From positions 1-64,000 of the forward strand of contig NW_021835474.1 of assembly GCF_006345805.1 (NCBI RefSeq): a DNA stretch of 64,000 nucleotides, read 5' to 3'. The notes under the pieces are model-generated. The model saw only the letters and a list, made by a program, of their open reading frames with translations, was not told the DNA's origin and ran no database searches. The position numbers were made by a program, and so were the translations under genes. How positions within the stretch are numbered: position 1 is the stretch's first letter; every line of letters begins with the position of its first letter. Source of the DNA: Octopus sinensis. Its lineage: Eukaryota. Positions 36,961-50,312 of the stretch are shown here, piece after piece.

Positions 36961-38922
36961 ATAGTGTTGGTTATGGCAGTCAGAAATTTACCACCGGTTT
37001 CACATTGACAATTGCACTCGGCAATATAGGCTACTCATCAGAGCTGCTGGCTGGAGACATGTAACCTCTCTAATTGAAGTCAAAATACGGTCTTGGTCAG
37101 ATTGGAGGTAAAAAAAAAAGATGTGTGAAACAAAAACAAAAGAAAAGAAACGTTTCAGGGATTTTTTTCACCACCAAACTGACCAAGTTTGTATTTTTAC
37201 CTCCATTATTGAAGACATTATGTACCTCCAGTCAGCAGGTCTCATGTTTAATTTATACTAGCAGTATCGCCCGGCGTTGCTCAGGTTTGTAAGGGAAATA
37301 ACTATAAAGCATTTTTTAGAGAGTTATAGCCAAAAAATAGCAAAAAAATGGAAAAGAATTATGGTAAATTTTTTTTTTAGTTAAAAAAAGGTGGAGTTGC
37401 GTCCCCTAGACAGTTTGCGGTTTGTGTTTCTGATTCTCGACCCCATGTCGAATTTATCGATTTTTTTCCGAACTGGGGGAACTTTTCAAAATTTTCGCTG
37501 CGTTAGTTTTGAATTATGACATTGGGCTATGTGTGTGTCAAGTTTCATCAGAATCGGTTGAAAGCCGTGGTCAGGGTGAGGGTACAAGCAAACAGACACA
37601 CAGAAACACGCACAGACAAACTGCCGTTTATATAGAGAGAGATAGAGGAGACAAGTTCCCTAGGGGACATAGCCAGATTACCAGTGATTTCAAATCGGAG
37701 TTTGACTGGCAGAGGAGATCAGGTTGCACATGCTGGCCCTTTCGAAACTACGACCCCATAATCTAATCCCCCTTGGCCCATGGGTTGGGAGCCCTTCCAG
37801 CAAGGAAGAGGTTATGTTCGGATCACAATTAAGCCTTAACCTAAGCCTAAGCTAACCCAGTGAAAGGGGGCTCAGGAGCCTCTTAAAGGCAGCGACTAAT
37901 CCCGATCTAGAACTAACCCCTCCTAGGGGTACTATCGGTCGAGGCTACATCGGAGATCTACATTGGAGAAGGTTACATAGAAGGTTTGCACGCTATTACG
38001 CACACACACACAATATGTCACATTCTCTACTATATATATTATATATATATTTAATAACGAACTATGTAATTCACACTCTGGAAAATTTATTTCTGTAAAA
38101 TGTTGCGAGTGGGTAAAATTTCCGAGGCTTCCACCTCACCCCACCCTGTTTTTTGGACCCCCCCAAAAGGGTTTTAGAGCACATTAGGTTACAGGAATTC
38201 ATTAAAAAAAAAAAAATTTCCAATGATTCTGGGACTGGGAGGGGTGGGGGGAGGCCTCGCTCCACCCCTTTTTTTCCGAACGAAAATAAGGGATTTGCAG
38301 CATATTAGGTCAGGATACTTGATTTCACGCAAAAAAAATCCGATTTCCATTTTTTTCCTTAGTGAAAATCGTATGGGTGAAAAGATCAATGGGGTGGGGA
38401 TGAAATTTCCGAGGCTTCAACCTCACCCCACCCTGTTTTTCGGACCCCAAAAAGGGTTTTGTAGCACATTAGGAGGTCACAGGAATTCATTCAATGAAAA
38501 CAAAATTCCAATGATTCCGGGATGGTGGTGGTGGTGGAGGGGACTCGCCTTACCCCCTTTTTTCCCAAACCAAAATAAGGGATTTGCAGTATATTAGGTC
38601 AGGATACTTGATTCTATGGAAAAAACCTGAGCTTTTTCCTTTTTTTAGTGAAAATCGTGCAGGTGTTAATCTAAAAATTTACCCTTTGTTTTTCTTTCTC
38701 ACCATTGCTAGACAGGTGACTTAACTCATATTAGCAAACTTACGGATTTCACCGACGTGGAAATTGGTAAAAGTTATGGTTGAAAATCGACTTTTACCAC
38801 TATAAGCGGGTGTCTTGGGGAAAATAAGTTGACAAAAACACAGCCATGATCGTGACCAATGTCCTCCTAAAATTGGAGCGACATGTGTGTTAATTTGTGG
38901 TTGTGCATAAATTACATTAATG

Positions 38923-38954
<32 letters not shown>

Positions 38955-38984
38955 ACACACACACATCCTGCCTTTTATAGATAA

Positions 38985-40860
38985 ACTAGCAGTATAGCTC
39001 GGCGTTACCCGGGATTAAGTTAGGATTATTAAGTGATCAAGCGTTTTATTTGAAACCAAAATAAGTGATACCGACATCAAATTTGAGCGAAATTGTTGAA
39101 ATTGGTAAACGTTTGGCTGAAAATTGGTTGCAGGCAATTTGATTGGGAAATCCCATAAGGAATCGATTTATCGATTATTTCCACTCATCGATTGTTTCTT
39201 TTTTTTTTTTTTGAGAACTTAAAGCATTCAAAGACCCCACGAGTCCTAAGTAATACTGGCATCAAGTTTGAGCAAAATGTATCAAAATTGGTTAAAGTTA
39301 TGGTTGAAAATGGGGTGTAGCCAATTTTAGTGGGAAATCCTATAAGGAATCGGTTTATCAATTTTTTATCCTGATTGAATGGAAAACCCCAAATGGATGC
39401 CTGACACCGATAGTGCTTGGCCTTGGAATTTGTTGATGGACATGGCGAAGTATGGTCTCACCGGGAACTGTGATCTGCGGAAGTTAAACGGTATGTCTGA
39501 CACCAAGGGATAAAGCTACATCCTTGAAATGAAAACATTTCCACTCCTCCCGCACCCTGTAACAATGGTGGCCTCAATCAAATGAGGCGTCAGGGACTTG
39601 ATTACTAAGTGGGTCCCGTTGCACCGTTTAGGCGGAAGCAAGCTTTTGATTGGCATAATTGGGCACCCAGCCCTTAGCCTAAGAATGTGAGGTGGAAGCT
39701 CTGCTGGCTCCAATGAGTTGAGAAACTCGAGAAGGTAATTGATAATGTCTTGGGGGTCGGAGGTCCGGTCAATCGATTTGTAGATGCGCTCCTCACCCGG
39801 AATTCGGCTTATGAGCTGGTGCTTGATTGCACTGACAGCTACGTTTTTTTGGGCCAGGATGGTTCTTTCACCGAGCCAACTGATGTTTGCATAATTCCTT
39901 TCCAGATTGGGGAACACTGTTTCCAAAAGATCGGAAGGGTTGTCCACGGTGTTGCACAGTTCAGAGATGGATATGTCGCCCTTATCATTCCTAGGGACCT
40001 TGCCTTCTCCAAGGGATAAAATGTCTTCAGCAAATGCTGCAGACGTGCTATCACCAAGCAAGTGCACATGCATGTTTGTGCTTAGGCTTAACGTCTTAAC
40101 CTGGAGCCACAACATGGATAACTTAAGGCATGTGCGCACTTCATGAGCCCGGCTCCCTTTAGGGATGACAGAAGGGTCTGCCGGAAATCTCCTAAAAGCA
40201 ATAATTACGCCACTCATGGAAGCTGTAGAATCCCTGATACCTTTCAGTGACCGGTCCAGTGCCTCAAGAGCACCCTTATTGATCATTGTGCATACGTCCC
40301 ATACAATGAGATAGCACCATCTAAGAACTTCAGCTTCCTCTGAATTTTTGCCAATGTTTCAGGTAGAAACCTCGGCCCTCACCAAATATAAAGGCAGCTT
40401 GAATGCCGAGTGCGACGTCCTACCTCCCGGCAATAACGTAGCAGCGATTCTCGAGGAAGCAACGGTTATCGCAATTTGTTTCTCGCGACGAATCTTAGCA
40501 AGTATTAATTGTGTTACCGGATTTGCCGGTACCTCTAGCAGCACCGAGGAAAAATATGCCGCTCGCCTGTTTTTCAACGGCACTGACGACAGTTTCGTAC
40601 ACCAGCCTCTGATCAGGGAAGAACTTCGGTTCATTTATTCTCAGGTACTCCGTAAGGCCATCAGCGTCATACGACAACTCCAGAAGTAACTTTGGTGGGA
40701 GTGTGTTAACGTCCTGTCGCAGTGAGGATGGCAAACCGAATGTGTTCAACGCTGCCCCATCCATTTTGAGCACGGCGTCCTCGATTTCAATCAGCGCATT
40801 ATTGTAGATCAGGTCATTGTATCCAATGTCAACATTAGGGCACTGTTGCTTTGCCAGTCA
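38985..40860 (-). mobile_element. Helitron 3' fragment with a degraded PIF1-like helicase
   Basis: FLGAARGTGKS, VASSRIAATLLPGGRTSHSAFKLPL, ALEALDRSL, LPPHILRLRAGCPIM, CNGT; hairpin plus CTAG terminus at 38985. Confidence 0.85.
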
Positions 40861-40899
40861 TCATTTGCCTTGACCACCGAGAAAGCAAAATTACGTACA

Positions 40900-42552
40900 G
40901 AGAATTTTATAAACAGAAATGAATGGGAAAAAGGTTTTAGATTAACATTTGCACGATTTTCACTAAGAAAAAAAAATCGGATTTTTTGCGTGAAATCTAA
41001 TATGCTAGCCTCTTAATATGCTACGAAACTCTTTTTGTGGTTCGAAAAATGGGGTGTAGTGTGGTGGAAGCCTCAGAAATTTCACCCCCCCATACCCATT
41101 GATCTTTTCACTATCTATTTTTCAATGTACGTGGAAAAATACGGAGATTAAGAATATGGAAAACATTTGTTTTTAATCTCAAACTTACCATGAAAAACTC
41201 CAGGCAAATTTTTAGATAACACACACACGATTTTCACTAAGAAATTGTTACCTTCCTCTTTGTTTTTATGCTGTTAAATAAATGGGTTCTCAACAAAACA
41301 CTTTTTTCCTCGGCGTAAAATAAAATAAACTCTTTCGCGCCCAAAGTAATGTGTGTGTGTGAAAAGTGGGGAGAAAGATGAACGATTTAAAATAAATAAA
41401 TGATTTAAAATAAATATATTTTAATTGTGTGTGAGAAAGCATATATAATCTGATTATAAAATAGTCTTTCAAAAACATCCTAAATTTGAAGACTATATCT
41501 CGTGTTTAAGAAAAAAAAAACATTTTACATTTTTATTTTTGGTGAACGCTGTCACTTTCCCTCCCCCTCTCTCTCACACACACATACATCAACACACAAC
41601 TTCTATCTCCTCACACACACACATACATCAACACAACTTCTCCCTCTCTCCCTGACACACACACATTTTCACTTCGCTATGGAAGAAGGGACTTAACTCA
41701 TGTTAGCAAACTTCAAAATTGGTAAAAGTTAAGGTTGAAAATCTATTTTTACCGCTACTCGAAGGTGCCTCGGGGAAAATAATTTGACGAAAATACAGCT
41801 AGGGTCGGGACGGACGTCCTCCTAAAATTGGAGCGACATACGTGCTAATTTGTGGACGTGCATAAATTATATTCACGTACACACACACACACATATCCTG
41901 CCTTTTATATATACAGATATATAAATAAGTGATTTAAAATAAATATATTTTAATTGTTGTGTGAGAAAGTATATATACTCTGATTATAAAATAGAGTGTC
42001 TTTCAAAAACATCCCAAATTTGAAGACTATATCTCGTGTTTAAGAAAAAAAAAACATTTTACATTTTATTTTTGATGAACGCTATTACACTCTTCCTCAC
42101 ACACACTTTCTGTTTGTTAAATGCTGTTAAACTCTCTCTCTCCCTCACACACACACTTTCTCTACATTTTTGTTAGACACTGTCAAACTCTCTCTCTTCC
42201 CCTCACACACACTTTCTCTTTACATTTTTTGTTTTGTTAGACGCTGTTAAACTCCTCTCTCTCTCACACACACACACACACATCAATACACAACTTCTCT
42301 CTCACCCTCACACACTTTCAATTCCTTATGGCAAAAAGGGGACTTAACTCATGTTAGCAAACTTCAAAATTGGTAAAAGTTATAGGTGAAAATCGATTTT
42401 TACCGCTATCCGCGGGTGCCTCGGGAAAAGTAAGTTGACAAAAATCAAGCTAAGGTCGTGATGAATGTCCTCCTAAAATTGGAGATACATGCATGCTAAT
42501 TTGTGGACATGCATAAATTACATTCACACACACATCCTGCCTTTTATAGATA
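40900..42552 (-). mobile_element. Helitron-related non-coding segments, partly tandemly repeated (also 38030-38981)
   Basis: Repeated blocks gacttaactcat(g/a)ttagcaaactt...cctaaaattggag...cacacatcctgccttttata at about 38718, 41690 and 42341. Confidence 0.6.
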
Positions 42553-43447
42553 TACAGATTACTCCAGTATATACAGCTTAAAATTATTATATGCAGTTGC
42601 TGGAGTTAACTTTACAATGGACTGGTGTCCTATCCAGAGAAGGGTCTTGTTATTTAGTTTGTTTAACACTGCAGAAAAGGGGATAAGTCCTGGTCTAATG
42701 AGTCGGGATAAGCACCTACATAAAAACGTTAAAGTCTGTTTCAAGACAGTGAATGATATCAGTGATTATGAAGTTTCTTTTAGTTACATAAAAGTGATTT
42801 TTAGACCGTTAATGCTGTATTGCAGGTTGGTTATAATTCTATGTTTATGTGTGTGTATTGGTTATTTTTCTTGATATGCATTTTATGTGTCAAGTGGTTG
42901 CGTTTAGATTTGTTATCTGAATTCATAGGTCTTCAGATGTGGGAAGGATTTTTGAGATGTGAGGTTTTCGGTAAGTGAGGTTTTGATGTTTGTGTTTCCA
43001 GTTTAGATATCACTAAGTTCATTTTGGTACTGTCATCTTTGAAATGTCATGTTTATTTCATTGACTAGAATTTCAGCTTCCAAGATTTTTTAACCATCTA
43101 GTGTGTTTGCTGTATTTATTTTCTTGATATAGGTCTCTGTAATAAATCTTTATTTATTGTCCCACGATTTTTTAACTGTAACTGCTTCCTCCTTTAGCAT
43201 ATTATCCAGTGAATTATGTACTATATTCAACCATTCTTAAGATGTCAAAGTCAAATTGAGAGACCACATAGAGAGTTCCTTTGTTGTGTAGAGAAGTGGC
43301 TTTTCCAATCCAGAATACAAGAACTTCAAAACTGAATATAGTAAGATATATTGCTTAATATATATTCCGTGTATACAACTGAGAACTTTCTTATGAATTG
43401 TAGAATCCTGTGCTGCCATTTTGAGGATGTGGCTTCATTTCTTCTGA

Positions 43448-43596
43448 CTAATTCTCAGGTTTAAATGTATGATTCTTTTTTCTCAAACAAGTAATAAGTA
43501 TGTATGTAGATCCTAATAACAAAACCATAAGAATTTCGAATAATCCAGTGAGATAAAAAGCAAAGTCATAACTTTCTGTGAGGTCTGTGATTTTAC
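43448..43596 (-). CDS. SLC16/MCT-like copy B, exon 5 (terminal)
   Basis: ttttctag acceptor; GKITDLTESYDFAFYLTGLFEIL...FKPEN*. Confidence 0.8.
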
Positions 43597-44141
43597 CTAG
43601 AAAAGAAAGAAAGAAAAAAGATTTTTAAGCCAAAAAGTCAGAGGTCACATGTAGACATTTAAAATTGCATTCTTTTACATTGTTTCATCACCTTTAATGG
43701 TATATGTTATCCGTATTTGTCTTCTGTGTACGGTTTTGTAGTTTTGTTAATCCAGACATCCATATATGTAGAATGCAATTGTAAATTAATAGAAAAATAC
43801 TTAGTTCTATCTTTTATTGTCTTTATAATTTATCTGTGGTGAATAGATTTAACAGTCAATATCTCTGTGTTTCCTGTATCACAAGTTAGCCGCCAATCAG
43901 AAAGCAGATGAAGCTGACTGTAGGATCAAAGACATAGTAAAATTATATATATATATATATTTTATAATTAGAGTTCAGCAAAGATTTGCTTTGCCACATA
44001 CCGAAGCTTAGAAATAGCAGCCAGAGAACCTTAGCTATTTCCTCTACTTTAAAAAGAGATTCCTGGACAAAAACAAAGTACTCGAAAACAATCCTCGTAG
44101 GCAGAGATGAAGAATAACGAAAATCAATCGATATTTGATTA

Positions 44142-44226
44142 CCCATGTACGCGTTTCAGAATTAGTTCGGTTATAAAGAATGTAGAATTTATACTTTACC
44201 CGGAACACTTTCCTCTTCAGCATGGG
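44142..44226 (-). ncRNA. Minimal type-I hammerhead-like motif with an extended stem II
   Basis: Minus strand CCCATG-CTGAAGA-GGAA...TTCT-GAAAC-GC-GTA-CATGGG; perfect 6-bp stem I, GUA triplet, palindromic ACGCGT. Confidence 0.6.
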
Positions 44227-44277
44227 ACTTCACAATATTAAATTATTATTGATTATATATGTGTGTGTGTGTGTGTG

Positions 44278-44790
44278 TGGAGGTGCAATGGCCCAGTAGT
44301 TAGTGCAGCGGACTCGCGGTCATAAAATCGCGGTTTCGATTCCCAGACCAAGCATTATGAGTAATTATTGAGCGGAAGCACCTAAAGCTCCATGAGGCTC
44401 TGGCAGAGGTCGGTGGTGAACCCTGCTGTACTTTCACCACAACTTTCTCTCACTCTTTCTTCCTGTTTCTGTTGTATCTGTATTTCAAAGGGGCCAGCCT
44501 TGTCACACTCTGTGTCAGGCTGAACCACCCTCGAGAACTACGTTAAGGATACACGTGTCTGTGGAGTGCTCAGCCATTTGCACGTTAATAAATGAGCTGC
44601 GACGTCACTGGTGCCAAGCTGTATCGGCCCCTTTGCCTTTCCCTTGGATAACATCGGTGACGTGGAGAGGGGAGGCTGGTATGCATGGGCAACTTCTGGT
44701 CTTCCATGAACAACCTTGCCCACACCTGTACCTCGGAGGGTAACTTTCTAGGTAGCAATCCCATGGTCATTCATGACTGAAGCAGGGTCA
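44278..44790 (+). mobile_element. tRNA-derived SINE (second family, long form) in MCT-B intron 4
   Basis: A/B boxes at the 5' end; 3' half is the reverse complement of 15086-15300; followed by an A-run. Confidence 0.7.
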
Positions 44791-44855
44791 CAAAAAAAAA
44801 AAAAATTACGGCTGACAAAGTCTGGAGCAGAAGAGATGAAGACTTTCACACTTAC

Positions 44856-45601
44856 CTACAAGAGTTGCCAATGGTATTGCACATATACCATTTACAGTGT
44901 AAGTATAACCAATCGCTAGTGGGTAGGCTTCAACACCAACGACTTTTTTGAAGACCAGGGGACGTAATGTGGAGTACAAGCCGCGACAAAATCCATTCAA
45001 GACAACCAAGAAGACTAATGAAGTATAAGTGTTGCATAAAGGAGCGAAAATGAAGACCGTTCCACTGGCAGCACAAAAAATGTAAAATGTGAGAATGAGT
45101 ATTGGCCTTATGTCGTAGAAGAGGCTGAAGAAGCAAAAGACGAATCTGCTTGCCAAACTCGAAATACTTATAAAAGTAATTAGTGTAATGCCCTCTAACA
45201 TTGTATGGCCCTTTTCAACCCAAAAATCTACAATAAGGAGCAGAAGAAGGGAACCACAACATGTATTTATTGATGCACCAGTTGATAATATCAAAAACGT
45301 TTGTTTTTCAATATTTTCATATCGAATATTTTTAGTCGTTCAACCTTGGCATCAGATTTTGGTTTTCTGTCAACTTTTGATAATAATCCTGAAAAACACA
45401 TGTTCAAACAGAATCCAGAAATAATCAACAAAGCTCCTCTCCAAGAGTAGATATTTAATAAAAAATTCACTAAATACGGTACACATAAAATTCCAAATGG
45501 CGCACATAATGTCAATATAATGGATAGAATTTGAACATTTTTGTGGAATAATTTCTCCAGGGCTGCAAAACTGACGATATTGTTGATGGCTGCTCCAGAA
45601 C
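44856..45601 (-). CDS. SLC16/MCT-like copy B, exon 4 (1-bp deletion in homopolymer 45293-45297)
   Basis: Canonical splice sites; YSWRGALLIISG; A5 run where copy A has A6, which splits the ORF into 45291-45515 and 44806-45294. Confidence 0.85.
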
Positions 45602-45698
45602 CTGAAATAGAAAATAAAGAAAGATGATTGTATGAATGATATTGTAGGTTTGTTACAGAAGCACACGGCCTGTAGATTATTCAGTGAGGGAATCTATA

Positions 45699-46094
45699 TC
45701 TTTATATATAAAAGTGAAGTTGTGTGTCTGTCTCCTACGATTTAGATTCCTAACTACTCCCACATTTTGTGGTGCAGTTTAACCAAAAGCGGGTATCTTA
45801 TAGTCGTGATTCATATCGAGCCCTTCTGGGTATTAGTGAGCACTACGATGAGTCTACAATTTAAAAAAAAAATTACCATAATTTTTTTCCATTTTAATGC
45901 ATTTTTTTCGCTATTATATAAAGGAAGTAACTCTCTAAAAATGTCTACGATGAGTCAACGATTTAAAAAAAAAATTACCATCATTTTTTTCCATTTTAGT
46001 GCATTTTTTTGCTATTTTTTGGCTATAACTCTCTAAAAATGCTTATATAGTTATTTCCCTTACAAACCCGAGCAACGCCGGGCGATACTGCTAG
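45699..46094 (+). mobile_element. Non-autonomous Helitron
   Basis: a|TCTTTATATATAAAAG...CCCGAGCAACGCCGGGCGATACTGCTAG|t. Confidence 0.8.
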
Positions 46095-46206
46095 TAAGAA
46101 ATGAATGGCTTTTGGTTTTGGTGTATGAATAGAACTGCTCTTGTAGAAAAGTTCATGTGTATTTCTGTCTGCATATGCATGTATTTTGGTATGTACGAAT
46201 GTATAT

Positions 46207-46416
46207 ACTCTTTTACTCTTTTACTTGTTTCAGTCATTTGACTGCGGCCATGCTGGAGCACCGCCTTTAATCGAGCAAATCGACCCCGGGACTTATTCTT
46301 TTGTAAGCCTAGTACTTATTCTATCGGTTCCCTTTTTGCCGAACCGCTAAGTGACGGGGACATAAACACACCAGCATCGGTTGTCAAGCGATGCTAGGGG
46401 GACAAACACAGACACA

Positions 46417-46512
<96 letters not shown>

Positions 46513-46698
46513 TATATATTATATACATATATACGACGGGCTTCTTTCAGTTTCCGTCTACCAAATCCACTCACAAGGCTTTGGTCGGCCCGAGGCTATA
46601 GTAGAAGACACTTGCCCAAGGTGCCACGCAGTGGGACTGAACCCGGAACCATGTGGTTGGTTAGCAAGCTACTTACCACACAGCCACTCCTGCGCCTA
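46207..46698 (-). mobile_element. Third-family SINE
   Basis: Full-length family match, reverse orientation. Confidence 0.88.
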
Positions 46699-46936
46699 TG
46701 TGTAAATATATGTGTAAATCATTCACTGATACCAACATATGGCGAAAATATTTGAATTAATGAAGAGAGTTCAAGTCATTTTTCTTACAGCTGGTCTCCC
46801 TTACTCCATCATTGGAGCTGATTTTTTTTACATCACTATGATCGCCATGTCAACTGGAGGTCCACCGTATAATTTAGCTGAGGAATAAAGTCACGCTGTT
46901 ATTTTAAAGTTTGTTTCTTGTATTATTTTCATGGGT

Positions 46937-47345
46937 TAGGCGCAGGAGTGGCTGTGTGGTAAGTAGCTTGTTTACCAACTACATGGTTCCGGGTTCAATC
47001 CCCACTGCATGGCAACTTGGGCAAGTGTCTTCTACTATGGCCTCGGGCCGACCAATGCCTTGTGAGTGGATTTGGTAGACGGAAACTGAAAGAAGCCCGT
47101 CGTATATATGTATATATATATGTGTGTGTGTGTTTGTGTGTCTGTGTTTGTCTCCCTAGCATTGCTTGACAACGGATGCTGGTGTGTTTATGTCCCCGTT
47201 ACTTAGCGGCTCGGCAAAAGAGACCGATAGAATAAGTACTGGGCTTACAAAAGAATAAGTCCCGGGGTCGATTTGGTCGATTAAAGGCGGTGCTCCTGCA
47301 TGGCCGCAGTCAAATGACTGAAACAAGTAAAAGAGTAAAGAGAGT
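46937..47345 (+). mobile_element. Third-family SINE
   Basis: Full-length family match; partial copies also at 49384-49550 and 51900-52255. Confidence 0.88.
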
Positions 47346-48399
47346 ATGGATCATTCAGCTCTGGCTGGTGTTGGTTAGAAGTGCTTCATTATTACAACAG
47401 AAAATATGATGTGTCCTCCTGGGATCCTCTCAACTCCCTATCACAAGGGTTTTGTTCAGGTTACATATCAGTAAATATAGGCTCCCAGCGATCATTCAAG
47501 TTAGTTATTTAGAAATTGTTACACACTACGTGATTGGATCCGAGATCCAGTTCCCTCGCAATATTCAACCAATCAAAATACAGGACTTGGCTAAATATTC
47601 CAAACTCCCATGATAAATCAAACGACCATTCATTAAAGATTAACATGTGGCGCCTATAAAAGGCTAGTCGACTACAAAATGCCACAACAGAAATGGGTCT
47701 TGCTACAAGACATTTCTGTAGGAGAGGGAAACTCCAAAATTACTTCACATCATTGGAAAGCCAGAGGTATTACTCTTGTCTGTTACTGAATAACTTGGCT
47801 TTGGAGGTGAGAGTTTAAGTGATAATTTTCATCAATGGTTATATTCATCTACAATGTATGTATGTATGACTTCTCTTTCTCATTTTAATTTAGAGTAAAT
47901 TTTGACCAACCATTGACTTGATAGCAAAGTTGTGAAGGAAAGTATCCTGTTTCAATCGTCAGTCTTTAAATCTATAGAAAATCTTGCAGATTTCTATGAA
48001 AAGTCTGGCTGCATACACGTTAGCATGACTGAGGGCTGGTGAACCAGATGGCTGCACCAGGCTCCAATCTTGATCTTGCAGAGTTTCTACAGCTGGATGC
48101 CCTTCCTAACGCCAACTACTCCAAGAGTGTAGTGGGTGCTTTTTACGTGCCACCGACACGGGGCCAGTCAGGCGGCACTGGTAACGACCTCGCACGAATC
48201 TTTTACACATGCCACCAGCATGGGTGCCAGTAAGGCGATGCTGGTAACGATCCCGCCCGAATGGTGTTTTTTACGTGCCACCGGCACGGAGGCCAGACAG
48301 CCGCTCTGGCAACGATCACGCTTGGATGGTGCTCTTAATGTCTAACAATAAATCAAATGTGTCTTGGTTAGTATTTCATTTATAATTTGTTGAACTTAC

Positions 48400-48543
48400 C
48401 AAATAAGATTCCAAGTGAGAAAAACAGGAACCAAATGTTTGGTGTGAAGCTACTTGCAAACAAACCAATCGAACACAAAGCACTGGCAACGATAAACGAC
48501 CGCCTGACACCAATTTTTCTGTATAACATTCCTGCGAATATTC
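48400..48543 (-). CDS. SLC16/MCT-like copy B, exon 3
   Basis: 144 bp, canonical splice sites, nearly identical to copy A exon 3. Confidence 0.88.
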
Positions 48544-48663
48544 CTGCAAATGAAAAGTGAGAATTTAAGAAAAATTTTGCTAAATTTTGCTAAATTTAAG
48601 GAATTTAAGGAAAATTTAAGGAAAATTTTGCTAATTGCTGAAGAAATAGAATAAGATAATTAT

Positions 48664-49145
48664 TCAGAAATATTAAATTTCTAAATATCTCATAGAGATA
48701 TGTACAGTGGTGGGGCGATAGAATGGTTGTATACTGTCAATCTAACGTGACAGTAGGGGATTACACCACCTCTGTTTAGCCCTGATGGCTTCGACACATT
48801 TTTTCCTGTGTCCTTATATACATTTTTTCCTGTGTCCTTATATACATTTACAAAGGGGAGACAAACACCCCCAGCAGCCAGGCCTGAATCTAGAGACACG
48901 CATATTTCAGGATCTTTGTCCATCATCGGTCTAGAGTAGCAGAAGCCCGCCAGCTGCAGATATCTGTCCCGACTTCGCAAATATATATATCTAATTTTCA
49001 GTGAAGTTTATTCACTGATTACCAAAATCAGAAATATTAAATTTCTAAATATCTCATAGAGATATGTACGGTGGTGGGGCGATAGAATGGTTGTATACTG
49101 TCAATTTAACGTGACAGTAGGGAATTACACCACCGCTGTTTAGCC
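48664..49145. repeat. ~117-bp direct repeats (48664-48783, 49028-49147) around a short spacer
   Basis: tcagaaatattaaatttctaaatatctc...ctgtttagccct occurs twice. Confidence 0.85.
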
Positions 49146-49885
49146 CTAGGAAGCATCGCCTGTTAATAAGAAAAGCAAAAAAAAAAAAGGAATTTTGTAG
49201 AATAACTAGCATACCCATGTCATCAAAAATGCTGACAGTTATAAAAAAAAATTGCACAACAGCACAATGAGGGAAACCATTGATAAATGTCAGCAATCTA
49301 GTAAATGTATGTACAATCACAGAATAAAAACATTTCAAGAATCAGATGTGGGTGTAACGTCCTGATTGAAAATATTGTCCACATAGGCACAGGAGTGGCT
49401 GTGTGGTAAGTAGCTTGCTAACCAACCACATGGTTCCGGGTTCAGTCCCACTGCGTGGCACCTTGGGCAAGTGTCTTCTACTATAGCCTAGGGCCGACCA
49501 ATGCCTTGTGAGTGGATTTGGTAGACGGAACCTGAAAGAAGTCCGTTGTATATACCTATATGTGTTGTGTCTTTGAATTAATGACAGAACTTATGGGATG
49601 ACCTGATATATATATATATGTACATTTATAATTAAGGATATCTAAGAGATACTACCATGCTAGAAATAGCAGCCAAAACTTGACTCTAAAACCACATTGA
49701 ATGTTCATAGAGCACCAGGAGAAAAGACAAAAAGACAAAATAAACTAGCAAAAAAATTGCAATTCTAGACCTGGAACTATCCAGTTATTGTTTTCCAAAA
49801 GTGTAAGGATATAACATAGGTTATTCACAAATGGCTCCAAATGAGAAGACGAGAGGGCAAAGGTTACTGACCAAAATATTAGTTT

Positions 49886-50254
49886 CTAGCAGTATCGCCC
49901 GGCGTTGCTCGGGTTTGTAAGGGAAATAACTATATAAGCAAAAAAATGCATTAAAAATGGAAAAAAATAATGGTAAATTTTTTTTTAAATCGTTGACTCA
50001 TCGTAGACATTTTTAGAGAGTTACTTCCCTTATATAATAGCGAAAAAATGCATTAAAATGGAAAAAAATGATGGTAAATTTTTTTTAAATCGTAGACTCA
50101 TCGTAGACGTGCGCTAATACCCAGAAGGGCTCGATATGAATCACGACTATAAGATACCCGGTTTTGGTTAAACTGCACCGCAAAATGTGGGAGTAGTTAG
50201 GAATCTAAATCGTAGGAGACAGACAGCACACAACCTCACTTTTATATATAAAGA
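49886..50254 (-). mobile_element. Non-autonomous Helitron
   Basis: Same termini as the other family copies. Confidence 0.8.
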
Positions 50255-50312
50255 TTTCCTTGTTTTTTCTACTGGTAGTAAAACTAATTGCTATTAGTTT
50301 ACGAATACTTAC

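Noticed and set aside
39516-40773. Host PIF1 helicase gene
   Set aside because: Intronless, frameshifted and adjacent to a Helitron 3' terminus
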